Source: an uncultured Acidobacteriota bacterium (GTDB lineage: Bacteria; Acidobacteriota; Thermoanaerobaculia; UBA5066; DATFVB01). Taken from it: a stretch of 64,000 nt of DNA. Numbering within the stretch: the first letter of the stretch is position 1; each line of letters starts with the position of its first letter. The stretch lies in NCBI GenBank assembly GCA_963813155.1, contig CAWEYG010000006.1, positions 164,902 to 228,901 on the forward strand. The letters are read 5' to 3'. The notes under the pieces were generated by a model, which was given only the letters and a program-made list of their open reading frames with translations, searched no databases and was not told where the DNA came from. Positions 12,531 to 27,255 of the stretch are shown in pieces. A program made the translations under genes and the position numbers.

Positions 12531-12682
12531 GAAGGGTTTTCTAGGTAAATTCCGGATAAATTAAAGGAGCGGCGGGCCGGACCGGGTTGCCGATCAGGTC
12601 GCTGCCGGTGACGGCCCCGAGGGCGCTTCGGAGGGAGAAGCCGCCGCGCGGCTCTCGGGGGAGTCGCCGACGGACTCGGTGC

Positions 12683-16552
<3,870 letters not shown>

Positions 16553-17002
16553 CTACTTCGATTTCACGGCGGCGTGGAGCGCCGGCGCGGGAGACGTTCG
16601 GGTTTCGACGGCTTCCGCATAGGCCCGCAACAGATCGGCGTGGCGCTGCTTGAGCTGCGCATAGCCGTGTTCCAGCGCGCGCAGCTTCCGCTCGCCGTCG
16701 CCCATGCGCAGCTCCAGGTCCTGGATCTGCGCGTCGTTGGCGCGAACGACGGGCTCGCCGCCACGGTGGAACGCGTTCGCGGCTTCGTCGAAGGCGGAGC
16801 TGATGGCCGGGGCCTTCCAGAGGAAGAACCCGATCACGAGAAAGAGGAGGGTGGCCCAGAGCGTCTCCGCGGTCGTTTCCACGATCCGGCGAAAACGGGG
16901 GCGGCGGGAGGGGGCGTCCGGGGCCACCGGGGCCGCGAGGGCGAGATCAGGCGCTTCGGGGGCCGCGTGCGGAGGGGTGCTGAAAATTGGCTGAATTCTC
17001 AT
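16553..17002 (-). CDS. Hypothetical single-pass membrane protein with coiled coil
   Basis: AGGAAGGAGAG ribosome-binding site before the ATG, one TM helix (LWATLLFLVIGFFLW) and a heptad-like C-terminal half. Confidence 0.6.
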   Translation of the reverse strand: MRIQPIFSTPPHAAPEAPDLALAAPVAPDAPSRRPRFRRIVETTAETLWATLLFLVIGFFLWKAPAISSAFDEAANAFHRGGEPVVRANDAQIQDLELRMGDGERKLRALEHGYAQLKQRHADLLRAYAEAVETRTSPAPALHAAVKSK

Positions 17003-17100
17003 CGTCTCTCCTTCCTATCGACTCTCTACACTGATCGGGCTCTGTCTCGACGTACTTCTGCAAGAAGCGTGCACAAATCTTGAAGCGGTGGAACGTTTGC

Positions 17101-17217
17101 CGGGCGGGTCGCGCAGGGGCAGGCTCGCTGTTGCCGCTCGCGGCGCGGAGTCGTAGCAAAGTCCTCAACCCGCAGCGAGCGGAACAGCGGGTCGAGTCCG
17201 GCGACAGGACCCGCCCG
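17101..17217. repeat. Dispersed palindromic element (family B)
   Basis: Terminal inverted repeat cgggcgggtc...gacccgcccg. The core is the reverse complement of about 61996-62092, with a degenerate copy at about 46515-46625. Confidence 0.8.
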
Positions 17218-17265
17218 CAACCCAGTTCCGTGGGGCGCGGTTAGCGCGGTTAGAATGACCTCTTC

Positions 17266-17673
17266 ATGAAGGTCGCTCTCACCTCGTCTCACTACTTTTC
17301 GGCGGCGCACCGACTGCACAACGACGCCCGCGATCTCGACTGGAACCGCCGGGTCTTCGAAAAATGCAACAACGAGCACGGGCACGGCCACACGTACGGT
17401 CTCGACGTCACCGTCGAGGGCGCGATCGACCCCGAAACGGGCTACGTGATCGACTTCAAGCAGCTCAAGAAGATCGTCGAAGAGGAAGTCCTCCAAAAGG
17501 TCGAGCGCCGGCATCTGAACTTCGACGTCGACTTCCTCCGGGGGATCAATCCGACGGCCGAGAACATCGCGGTCGCGATCTGGGGCCAGCTGGAGGGCAA
17601 GATCCCGCACGGACGGCTGAGGCGAGTCACGCTGCAGGAGACGGACAAGAACGCCGTGGTCTTCGAAGGGTGA
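17266..17673 (+). CDS. queD: 6-carboxytetrahydropterin synthase (QueD/PTPS family)
   Basis: FSAAHRL, CNNEHGHGH, DF and PTAENIA motifs, C-terminal ET. Confidence 0.88.
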   Translation: MKVALTSSHYFSAAHRLHNDARDLDWNRRVFEKCNNEHGHGHTYGLDVTVEGAIDPETGYVIDFKQLKKIVEEEVLQKVERRHLNFDVDFLRGINPTAENIAVAIWGQLEGKIPHGRLRRVTLQETDKNAVVFEG

Positions 17674-18431
17674 AGAGACCCCTGTTTCTCGTGACGAACG
17701 ACGACGGAGTCTCCGCCGACGGCATCCACGCCCTCGCGGAATCGATCTCCCGAATCGGAGAGGTCGTCGTCGTCGCCCCCGACCGGGAGCGCAGCGCGGC
17801 GGGGCACTCGCTGACTCTCCATCACCCCCTGCGCGCGACGGAGCTCTCTCCGGGCCGGTTCGTCATCGACGGCACGCCGACGGACTGCGTGAACTGGGGC
17901 ACCCAGCATCTCCTGAAGGGGAGGCGGCCCGACGCGATCCTCTCCGGGATCAACTTCGGCCTGAACCTGGGCGACGACGTGACGTACTCGGGAACGGTCT
18001 CGGCGGCGTTCGAGGGCGCGATTCTCGGGATTCCCGCGATCGCGTTCTCGCAGGAGATCGAGTCGGGCTTTTCCTTCGACGCGGCCGCGGATTTCGCGCG
18101 CGAGCTCGTGCAGGTCGTGCTCGAACACCCGATCCGTCCCGGCACGCTGTTGAACGTGAACGTTCCGGCCGGGAAAGTCGCCGGGGTCCGCGCCGTGAAG
18201 ATGGGGCGGCGGACTTACCAGGAAGGGATTCTCGAGAAGCTCGACCCGCGCGGCAAGAAATACTACTGGATCGGCGCGGAGCCGCCTTCCGGAGTGCCGG
18301 AGGAAGGCACCGACCTGTGGGCGATCGCCGAGAAGCACATCTCGGTCACGCCGCTCCACCTCGACCTCACGGATTACGGCGCGCTCGCCTCGCTCGAAGG
18401 CCTCGTCGGACGCTTTCCCCGGCCGGCCTGA
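17670..18431 (+). CDS. surE: 5'/3'-nucleotidase SurE
   Basis: LVTNDDG, GTPTDCV and SGINFGLNLGDDVTYSGTV motifs. Confidence 0.96.
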   Translation: MKRPLFLVTNDDGVSADGIHALAESISRIGEVVVVAPDRERSAAGHSLTLHHPLRATELSPGRFVIDGTPTDCVNWGTQHLLKGRRPDAILSGINFGLNLGDDVTYSGTVSAAFEGAILGIPAIAFSQEIESGFSFDAAADFARELVQVVLEHPIRPGTLLNVNVPAGKVAGVRAVKMGRRTYQEGILEKLDPRGKKYYWIGAEPPSGVPEEGTDLWAIAEKHISVTPLHLDLTDYGALASLEGLVGRFPRPA

Positions 18432-18457
18432 GCAGTCGGGCTGCTATACTTTCCGCA

Positions 18458-19141
18458 GTGGCATTTCCCGTTCCGAAAAAAAACTCGGGCTCGGACCCGT
18501 CCGACGAAGCTCGGCGGGCGATGGTGGCGCGTTTCGTGGCCCCGAGGGGGGTCGACGACGAGCGGGTCCTCGACGCGCTCCGGGAAGTCCCGCGGCACCG
18601 CTTCGTTCCGGACACGGTCGCGGCGCGGGCCTACGGCGACCACTCTCTGCCGATCGGGTTCGGCCAGACGATTTCGCAGCCGTACGTCGTGGCCCGGATG
18701 ACCCAGCTCCTCGCCGTCGAGCCGAATCACCGGGTGCTCGAGGTGGGGTGCGGCTCGGGCTACCAGGCGGCGATCCTGGGCCGTCTCGCGCGCATGGTCT
18801 TCACGCTGGAGCGGATCGACGAGCTCGCCCGGCGAGCCTCCGCGCTCCTGCGCGAGCTCGGCTACGACAACGTCTCGGTCAAGGCGCTCGACGGCACGTA
18901 CGGGCTCGCCGCGAACGCGCCCTACGACCGGATCCTCGTGGCGGCCGGCGCGAGCGAGGTTCCGAAACCTCTGCTCGACCAGCTCGCCGTCGGCGGGCGA
19001 ATGATCGTTCCGATCGGAGACGAAAAATCGCAGCGGCTGCGGGTCGTCAAGAAGCGGCGCGACCATTTCGGCCAGGAGGAGAAAGACGAAGTCACGTTCG
19101 TTCCGCTGATCGGACGATTCGGCCGCGGAGAGAGCCCCTGA
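18458..19141 (+). CDS. pcm: Protein-L-isoaspartate O-methyltransferase
   Basis: VPRHRF, GQTISQP, VLEVGCGSGYQAA, PYDRI and FVPLIG motifs; conserved surE-pcm order. Confidence 0.95.
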   Translation: MAFPVPKKNSGSDPSDEARRAMVARFVAPRGVDDERVLDALREVPRHRFVPDTVAARAYGDHSLPIGFGQTISQPYVVARMTQLLAVEPNHRVLEVGCGSGYQAAILGRLARMVFTLERIDELARRASALLRELGYDNVSVKALDGTYGLAANAPYDRILVAAGASEVPKPLLDQLAVGGRMIVPIGDEKSQRLRVVKKRRDHFGQEEKDEVTFVPLIGRFGRGESP

Positions 19142-19413
19142 GCCGCGTCACGCGCCGCTACGTCGTGAGCGGACGGGTCCAGGGCGTCGGTTTCCGGCAT
19201 TTCGTCCGCACGCAGGCGCGGCGGATGAACCTCGCCGGCTGGGTGCGCAACCTGCCGGACGGCCGTGTCGAGGCCGTCGCGACGGCGGACGACGAAGTCC
19301 TCGTCCTTTTCGAATCGGCGCTGCGATCCGGCCCGCCGCTGGCGTCCGTGGGCGGCGTCGAGGCCGTCGAGGAAGCGGCCGCCGACTTCGACTCTTTCGA
19401 GGTGCGGCCGTGA
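19138..19413 (+). CDS. acyP: Acylphosphatase
   Basis: GRVQGVGFR and GWVRNLPDGRVE motifs; start codon uncertain. Confidence 0.92.
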   Translation: MSRVTRRYVVSGRVQGVGFRHFVRTQARRMNLAGWVRNLPDGRVEAVATADDEVLVLFESALRSGPPLASVGGVEAVEEAAADFDSFEVRP

Positions 19414-19925
19414 CGGGTTGGGGCGCCTGGATCCGCGACGTGCCCGACTTTCCCTCGGTGGGAATTCTCTTTCGCGACCTGACGCCGCTGTGGGCGGACC
19501 CGGCGGCGTTCGGCCGCGCGATCGATTCGCTCGCGGAGCCGTTCCGAAGCGAGAAAATCCAGAAAGTCGTCGGCATCGAGGCGCGCGGTTTCATTTTCGG
19601 GGCCGCCGTCGCGCGAGCGCTGGCGGCGGGATTCGTTCCCGCCCGCAAGCCGGGAAAGCTTCCGGGAGGGCGCCACCGGGTCGATTACGCTCTCGAGTAC
19701 GGCAGCGACGCGCTCGAGATCCACGTCGACGCCGTCGACGCGGGGGAACGGGTGCTCCTCATCGACGACGTGCTCGCGACGGGCGGCACCGCGCGGGCCG
19801 CGGCGGACCTCGTTCGGGTCTGCGGCGGCGACCTCGCCGGCATCGGCTTCTTCCTCGAGCTGACCGCCTTGAACGGCAGAGAACGGCTCGCTTCCGAGAG
19901 AGTCGAAAGTGTCGTCCGCCTCTAG
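19410..19925 (+). CDS. apt: Adenine phosphoribosyltransferase
   Basis: IRDVPDFP, GIEARGF, RKPGKLP, YALEYG and VLLIDDVLATGGT motifs. Confidence 0.96.
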   Translation: MTGWGAWIRDVPDFPSVGILFRDLTPLWADPAAFGRAIDSLAEPFRSEKIQKVVGIEARGFIFGAAVARALAAGFVPARKPGKLPGGRHRVDYALEYGSDALEIHVDAVDAGERVLLIDDVLATGGTARAAADLVRVCGGDLAGIGFFLELTALNGRERLASERVESVVRL

Positions 19926-21609
19926 CGACGCGAGTCCGCCCGGCGAACCCTCCGCGCCCGGGAAGGTGGCGCGAATCCTCGTCGTGGACGACGAGGAGGA
20001 CGTTCTCCAGCTCGTCCGGACGATCCTGGACGGGGACCGGTACGCGATCCTGACCGCGGGCGGCGGCGCCGAGGCGATCGAGATCGCGGTTCGGGAGAGA
20101 CCGGACCTGATCCTGCTCGACGTGATGATGCCGGAGATCTCGGGCTGGGAAGTGTGCTCGATGCTCAAGAACTCGGCCGCGACGCAGGGCATTCCGATCG
20201 TCATGCTCTCGGTCAAGAACGAGATCCGCGACATGATCACGTCGATGCAGGCGGGCGCGGACGACCACGTCACGAAGCCGTTTTCCCGCCGCAAGCTCGT
20301 CGCGACGATCCAGCGGCTGCTCGACCGGGAGGACCTGGCCGCTCCTCCTTTTCTTCCCTCGGCCGAAGAGCACTTCCGGAACAAGAAGCTCCTGTACGAC
20401 TCGGTCACCCGGCTTCCGACGATCACGATCGTCGTCGACGCCCTCCGGGACCGGCTGCACGGGCGGCGGGAGATGGGAATTCTCTACGTGGACGTCGAGA
20501 AGTACAGCCACATCGAGGACACGTACGGGTGGGAAGTCTTCGACGCGCTGATCCTGGAGACCTCGAAGACCCTGAAGCGGCTCGTCGGGACCCTGTTTTC
20601 CGCGCAGGACGTCGTCGCGATCAGCCGGCCCGCCGGATCCGAGTTCTACGTCTTCACCCAGCTCGAGGCCGGAGACGCTCCCGAAACGCGGCTCGCCGGC
20701 AAGGCCCGCCAGACGGAGGTCACCCTGCGGGAGGCGCTGGACGACCGCTTCCGCGAGCGAATCCACAAGCCGATCGGCGTCTTCGTCGGCCATGCGATGA
20801 TCCTTCCGACCCCGCAGATGCGCGTCGAGCGAGTCGTGTACCGCGCGCTCCGCGAGGCGATCCGGGTCGCGACGACGCGCGAGGAACAGCGCGCGAAGGA
20901 GCTGCGGCAGCTCTTCGGCGAGATCCTGGAAGGCCGCGCCATCCGCACGGTCCTGCAGCCCATTTTCCAGCTCGAAACGCTCGAGGTTTTCGGCCACGAG
21001 GCGTTGTCCCGCGGGCCGAAGGGCACGGCCTTCGAGAGCGCGGACCTGCTCTTCGAATACGCGATCAAAAACGAAGCGGTCTGGCAGCTCGAACGCCTCT
21101 GCGCGGAGTCGTCGGCCCGCCGGTTCGACGCGACCGCCGCGGGGCTCCTTTTCGTCAACATCGAAGCGGACGTGATGTCCTCTCTTCTCGACGGCGGCTC
21201 CGAGATCCTCGAATCCCTTCTCCGCAAGAAAGACCGGATCGTCCTCGAGGTGACGGAGCGGACCGCCATCCGCGACATCCCGCGGCTGCGAGCGTGCATC
21301 GACGAGCTGCGAAGAAACGGGTTTCGGATCGCGCTCGACGACGCCGGATCGGGATTCGCTTCGCTGCAGGCGATCGCCGAGCTGCGGCCGAACTTCCTGA
21401 AGGTCGCCAACACGCTCGTGACCGGTCTCGCGAACGACCCGATCAAACGCGACATCGTGGAGATGCTGCTCCACGTCGCGCGGCGGATCGACGCAACCTG
21501 TGTCGCCGAAGGTATTGAAACGGAAGAGGATCTTCTCGAGTGCCGGCGCATCGGCATCCCCCTCGGGCAGGGGTACTTCCTCGGAATGCCCCAGGAGCCG
21601 TCCGCCTAG
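19909..21609 (+). CDS. Response regulator with REC, degenerate GGDEF and EAL domains (c-di-GMP phosphodiesterase)
   Basis: ILVVDD...[10 protein letters not shown] receiver domain; GGDEF-like region lacking the signature; [23 protein letters not shown] and AEGIE EAL motifs. Confidence 0.88.
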   Translation: MSSASSDASPPGEPSAPGKVARILVVDDEEDVLQLVRTILDGDRYAILTAGGGAEAIEIAVRERPDLILLDVMMPEISGWEVCSMLKNSAATQGIPIVMLSVKNEIRDMITSMQAGADDHVTKPFSRRKLVATIQRLLDREDLAAPPFLPSAEEHFRNKKLLYDSVTRLPTITIVVDALRDRLHGRREMGILYVDVEKYSHIEDTYGWEVFDALILETSKTLKRLVGTLFSAQDVVAISRPAGSEFYVFTQLEAGDAPETRLAGKARQTEVTLREALDDRFRERIHKPIGVFVGHAMILPTPQMRVERVVYRALREAIRVATTREEQRAKELRQLFGEILEGRAIRTVLQPIFQLETLEVFGHEALSRGPKGTAFESADLLFEYAIKNEAVWQLERLCAESSARRFDATAAGLLFVNIEADVMSSLLDGGSEILESLLRKKDRIVLEVTERTAIRDIPRLRACIDELRRNGFRIALDDAGSGFASLQAIAELRPNFLKVANTLVTGLANDPIKRDIVEMLLHVARRIDATCVAEGIETEEDLLECRRIGIPLGQGYFLGMPQEPSA

Positions 21610-21753
21610 CCTCCCCCGCACGCCCGCCCGGGGCGGCCCCCGTTTCCGCGGGGGTTCGGTACATTTCTTGCATCTCCCGGCTGAAAATCGGAATGAGGAC
21701 GCGGGAACGATCTCAGGTAGTTTGGACGCGATCTCTTTGAGAAGGAGTGATCG

Positions 21754-24700
21754 ATGCAAACTCGCGGAGAAACATCCACGACGCGGCGGGGCGCAACGGC
21801 GGGCGCCGTCGCGGGGATCGGCCGGCCGGCCGAGCGGGCGGCCGAGCGCCGGGTCGACCAGCGCCGCCTCCTAACCGCGCTGACCCGGTTTCGGAAGGGC
21901 GATTTTTCGGTCCGGCTGCCCGACACCTGGACCGGGGAGGCGGCGAAGATCGCCGACTCGTTCAACGACATCGCGGAGTTGAACGAGCGGATGGCCGCGG
22001 AGCTCGCGCGCATGGCGCGGGTCGTCGGAAAAGAGGGAAAGATCCTGCAGCGGGCGTCCCTCGGCGACGTGCGCGGCGGCTGGCATGCGTCGATCGACTG
22101 CGTGAACAGCCTGATCGGCGACCTCGTGCATCCGACGAGCGAGACGGCCCGCGTGATCGGCGCCGTCGCGAAGGGCGACCTCTCGCAGAGCATGGCGCTC
22201 GAAAAAGAGGGGCGCGCGCTGGAAGGCGAGTTCCTCCGCACCGCGACGACCGTCAACACGATGGTGGACCAGCTGTCGTCCTTCGCCGCCGAGGTGACGC
22301 GCGTCGCGCGCGAAGTGGGAACGGAAGGCAAGCTGGGCGGCCAGGCGAAGGTCCGGGGCGTGGCCGGCACGTGGAAGGACCTGACCGACAACGTGAACCT
22401 GATGGCGGGCAACCTGACCGGCCAGGTCCGCAACATCGCGGCCGTGACGACGGCGCTCGCGAAGGGCGACCTCACGAAGAAGATCACCGTCGACGTCCGG
22501 GGCGAATTCCTCGAGCTCAAGAACACGGTCAACACGATGGTGGACCAGCTCTCGTCGTTCGCGGCGGAGGTGACGCGCGTCGCGCGCGAGGTCGGCACGG
22601 AAGGCAAGCTCGGCGGCCAGGCGGACGTGCGCGGCGTGGCGGGCACGTGGAAAGATCTGACGGACTCGGTCAACTCGATGGCGGGCAACCTGACCGCGCA
22701 GGTGCGAAACATCGCGGACGTGACGACGGCCGTCGCGAACGGCGACCTCTCGAGAAAAGTCACGGTGGACGTCAAGGGCGAGATCCTCGAGCTGAAAGAC
22801 AAGATCAACACGATGGTGGACCAGCTGCGGTCGTTCGCGTCGGAGGTGACGCGCGTCGCACGCGAGGTGGGAACGGAAGGGCAAGCTCGGCGGCCAGGCG
22901 AGGGTCGAAGGCGTGTCGGGCACCTGGAAGGACCTCACGGACAACGTGAACTCGATGGCGGGCAACCTCACGGGCCAGGTGCGAAATATCGCAGAGGTCA
23001 CGACCGCCGTCGCGAACGGCGATCTCTCCAAGAAGATCACGGTCGACGTCGAAGGAGAAATCCTCGAGCTCAAAGACACGATCAACACGATGGTGGACCA
23101 GCTCTCCTCTTTCGCCTCGGAGGTGACGCGCGTCGCGCGCGAGGTGGGAACGGAAGGGAAACTGGGCGGCCAGGCGCAGGTCAAGGGCGTGGCCGGAACG
23201 TGGAAAGATCTGACCGACAACGTGAACTTCATGGCCGGCAACCTGACCGGCCAGGTGCGAAACATCGCGGACGTGACGAAGGCCGTCGCGAACGGCGACC
23301 TCTCGCGCAAGATCACGGTGGACGTGAAGGGCGAGATCCTCGAGCTCAAGAACACGGTCAACACGATGGTCGACCAGCTCTCGTCGTTCGCGGCGGAGGT
23401 GACCCGCGTCGCGCGCGAAGTCGGAACGGAAGGCAAGCTCGGCGGCCAGGCGGACGTGCGCGGCGTGGCGGGCACGTGGAAAGATCTGACGGACTCGGTC
23501 AACTCGATGGCGGGCAACCTGACCGCCCAGGTGCGAAACATCGCCGAGGTGACGACGGCCGTCGCGAACGGCAACCTCTCCAAGAAAATCACGGTGGACG
23601 TGAAGGGCGAGATCCTCGAGCTGAAAGACACGATCAACACGATGGTGGACCAGCTGCGGTCGTTCGCGTCCGAGGTGACGCGCGTCGCGCGCGAGGTGGG
23701 CACCGAAGGCCGGCTCGGCGGACAGGCCTACGTTCCCGGCGTCGCCGGCACGTGGAAGGACCTGACCGACAACGTGAACTTCATGGCCGGCAACCTGACC
23801 GGCCAGGTGCGAAACATCGCGGACGTGACGAAGGCCGTTGCGAGCGGCGACCTCACGAAGAAGATCACGGTGGACGTGAAGGGCGAGATCCTCGAGCTCA
23901 AGAACACGGTCAACACGATGGTGGACCAGCTTTCGTCGTTCGCTTCCGAGGTGACGCGCGTCGCGCGCGAGGTGGGCACGGAAGGCAAGCTCGGCGGCCA
24001 GGCGGAGGTGGTCGGAGTCTCGGGGACCTGGAAAGACCTCACGGACAACGTGAATTTCATGGCGGGCAATCTCACCGGGCAGGTGCGCGGCATCGCGCGC
24101 GTCGTGACCGCCGTCGCGAACGGGGACCTCACGCGCCAGCTGACGGTCGACGCGAAAGGGGAGATCGCGGCGCTCGCGGACACGATCAACAACATGATCG
24201 ACACGCTCGCGACGTTCGCGGACCAGGTGACGAGCGTCGCGCGCGAGGTGGGAGTCGAGGGCAAGCTCGGCGGCCAGGCGAGCGTGCCCGGCGCCGCGGG
24301 AATCTGGAAGGACCTGACCGACAACGTCAACCAGCTCGCCGCGAACCTCACGACCCAGGTCCGCGCGATCGCGGAGGTCGCGACCGCCGTGACGAAGGGC
24401 GACCTCACACGGTCGATCAACGTCGCCGCCCTCGGCGAGGTCGCGGCCCTCAAGGACAACATCAACGAGATGATCCGCAACCTCAAGGACACGACGCTCA
24501 AGAACAGCGAACAGGACTGGTTGAAGACGAACCTCGCGAAGTTCTCCCGGATGCTCCAGGGGCAGCGCGATCTGCTCACCGTCGGCCGCCTGATCCTTTC
24601 GGAGCTCGCGCCAGTCGTCTCGGCGCAACAGGGCGTCTTCTACACGCTGGACACGTCGGGCGAGCAGCCCGACCTGCGCCTGCTCGCGAGCTACGCGACG

Positions 24701-27251
24701 ACGCAGCGAAAGCCGGTCCTCGAGCTCGGCGAGGGTCTCATCGGGCAGTGCGCCGTGGAGAATCAGAAGATCCTGCTGCCGCGCGTGCCGCACGACTACA
24801 TCCATATTTCTTCCGGGCTCGGCGAAGCGGCTCCCCTGAATGTCATCGTGCTCCCGGTCGTGTTCGAGGGACAGGTCAAAGCCGTGCTCGAGCTCGCGAC
24901 GTTCGAAGGGTTCAACCCGACCCACCAGGCGTTTCTCGACCAGCTGATGGAATCGATCGGCATCGTGTTGAACACGATCGAGGCGAACACGCGGACGGAG
25001 ACCCTCCTCGGCCAGTCGCAGTCGCTCGCCCGCGAGCTGCAGCACCGGCAGGAAGAGCTTCAGCAGACGAACCAGGAGCTCGAAGAAAAGGCCGGCCTGC
25101 TCGCCGAGCAGAACGCGGAGGTCGAACGCAAGAACCAGGAGGTCGAACAGGCCCGCCAGGCGCTGGAGGAGAAGGCGAAGCAGCTGGCTCTGACGTCGAA
25201 GTACAAGTCGGAATTCCTCGCGAACATGTCCCACGAGCTGCGGACGCCGCTGAACTCGCTGCTGATCCTCTCCGACCAGCTCACCCGCAACCACGATGGA
25301 AACCTGACGCCGAAGCAGATGGAATTCGCGAAGACGATCCATTCGGCCGGCAACGACCTGCTGAACCTGATCAATGACATTCTCGACCTCTCGAAGATCG
25401 AGTCGGGAACGGTCGTCATCGACGCGGGCGAGCTGCGGTTCACGGACCTTCAGAGCTACGTGGACCGGACGTTCCGGCACGTGGCCGAAGCGAAGGGCGT
25501 CGGGTTCGACATCGCGATCGGCCCGAATCTGCCGCGCGGGATCGTGACGGACTCCAAGCGCCTCCAGCAGATCCTGAAAAACCTCCTCTCGAACGCGTTC
25601 AAGTTCACGGAGCGCGGGCGGCGTTCGGCTGGAGATCAATCGCGCCTACAGCGGGTGGAGCGGCGAGAAGGAACGGTTGAACGCCGCCCGCATGGCGGTC
25701 GCGATCTCCGTGTCGGACTCGGGCATCGGCATCGCGCGCGACAAGCAGCAGATCATCTTCGAGGCGTTCCAGCAGGCCGACGGCAGCACGAGCCGCAAGT
25801 ACGGCGGCACGGGGCTGGGCCTGACGATCAGCCGCGAGATCGCGAAGCTCCTCGGCGGCGAGATCACGATCGAAAGCACCCCGGGCGAAGGAAGCCGCTT
25901 CACGCTCTACATCCCGGACACGTACGTGGCGGGGAAGGCCCCGCACCGTCCCGAGAGCGAGGCGTCGCAGGCGGCAGGAGCGGTGGCGGTGATGTCGGAC
26001 CTGAACGCCGTTCGGGGCGCCGAGGTCGAAGAGGCCCCGGCGGCCGTGGCGGACGACCGGGAATCGATCCAGCCGGGCGACCGCGTGATCCTGATCGTCG
26101 AAAACGACGAGAACTTCTCGCGGTTCCTGCTCGACCTTGCCCGCGAGAAGGGATTCCGGGGCATCGTGACGGCGAGCGGGGCGGAGGCGGTCTCGCTCGC
26201 CCGCGAACGGCGTCCGGACGCGATCACGCTGGACATCGAGCTGCCCGACATCGACGGTTGGAGGGTCCTCGACCGGCTGAAGAACGATTTCGCGACGCGG
26301 CACATCCCCGTCTACGTCATCACGACCGAGGAGGAAGGCCAGCGCGGCATCGTCCTCGGAGCGTTCGCCACGCTCCTCAAGCCGATTCCGAACCGGGAGA
26401 TCCTGGACGACGCGTTCTCGAGGATCAGCGCGTTCCTCGAGAAGCCGGCGAAGTCGTTGCTCGTCGTCGCCCGGACCGAATCCGCCCGCCGGGAAATCGC
26501 GTCTCTGTGCGAATCGTCCGACGTCGTCGTCGTCGACGCGGAGCCCGGCCCCGCGGCCGCCGAGCTTCTCGAGAAAGGCTTCGACTGCGTCGTGATCGCG
26601 CCCTCGGGCCAGGACCGGGAAGAGCAGAGCTTCGCTTCGGAAGCGATCGCTCTCTGCGAGTCGCGCGGCACCCCGCTCATCCTCTTTTCTTCCGGCGCGG
26701 CGACCTCCGGCGAGGCGGACCCGATCGAGTCCCTCGCGCACGGCCATCTCGTCAAACACGTTCGATCCGCCGAGCGCCTCGTCGAGCAGTCGGCGCTTTT
26801 TCTTCACCGGAGGATGGCCGAAATGCCGGCCGCTCAGCGCTCGACGATCGAGAAGTTGTGCGAGTCCGAGACCGTCCTCGCGGGAAAGAGGGCGCTGATC
26901 GTCGACGACGACATCCGGAACATCTTCGCGCTCACGAGCGTTCTCGAGCGGCACCGGATGGACGTGGACGCGGCCGAAACGGGGGCGGCGGCGATCGAGA
27001 AGCTGGACAAGAACCCCGGGATCGACGTCGTGCTCATGGACATCATGATGCCCGACATGGACGGATACGAGACGATCCGCGCGATCCGGAAGCACGCGCG
27101 CTTCCGAGGCCTGCCGATCATCGCCGTCACGGCCAAGGCGATGAAGGGAGACCGCGAGAAGACGCTCGAAGCCGGGGCGTGGGACTACCTCTCCAAGCCG
27201 GTCGACACCGAGCAGATGCTGTCGGTGCTCCGGGCATGGCTCTACCGGTAG
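21754..27251 (+). CDS. Poly-HAMP hybrid histidine kinase (HAMP repeats-GAF-HisKA-HATPase-multiple REC; NIK1/OsaA-like); frameshifts near 22880 and 25618
   Basis: 92-aa repeats, [15 protein letters not shown]-box, [11 protein letters not shown]-box, DSGIGI and GGTGLGL G-boxes, C-terminal receiver domains. Confidence 0.92.
22255..24463 (+). repeat. Eight tandem 276-bp HAMP units
   Basis: aacacgatggt-type anchor at 22255, 22531, 22807, 23084, 23360, 23636, 23912 and 24188. Confidence 0.93.
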
Positions 27252-27255
27252 GACA

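Noticed and set aside
22255-24463. 276-bp repeats as a mobile or CRISPR-like array
   Set aside because: They encode standard poly-HAMP units of a histidine kinase.
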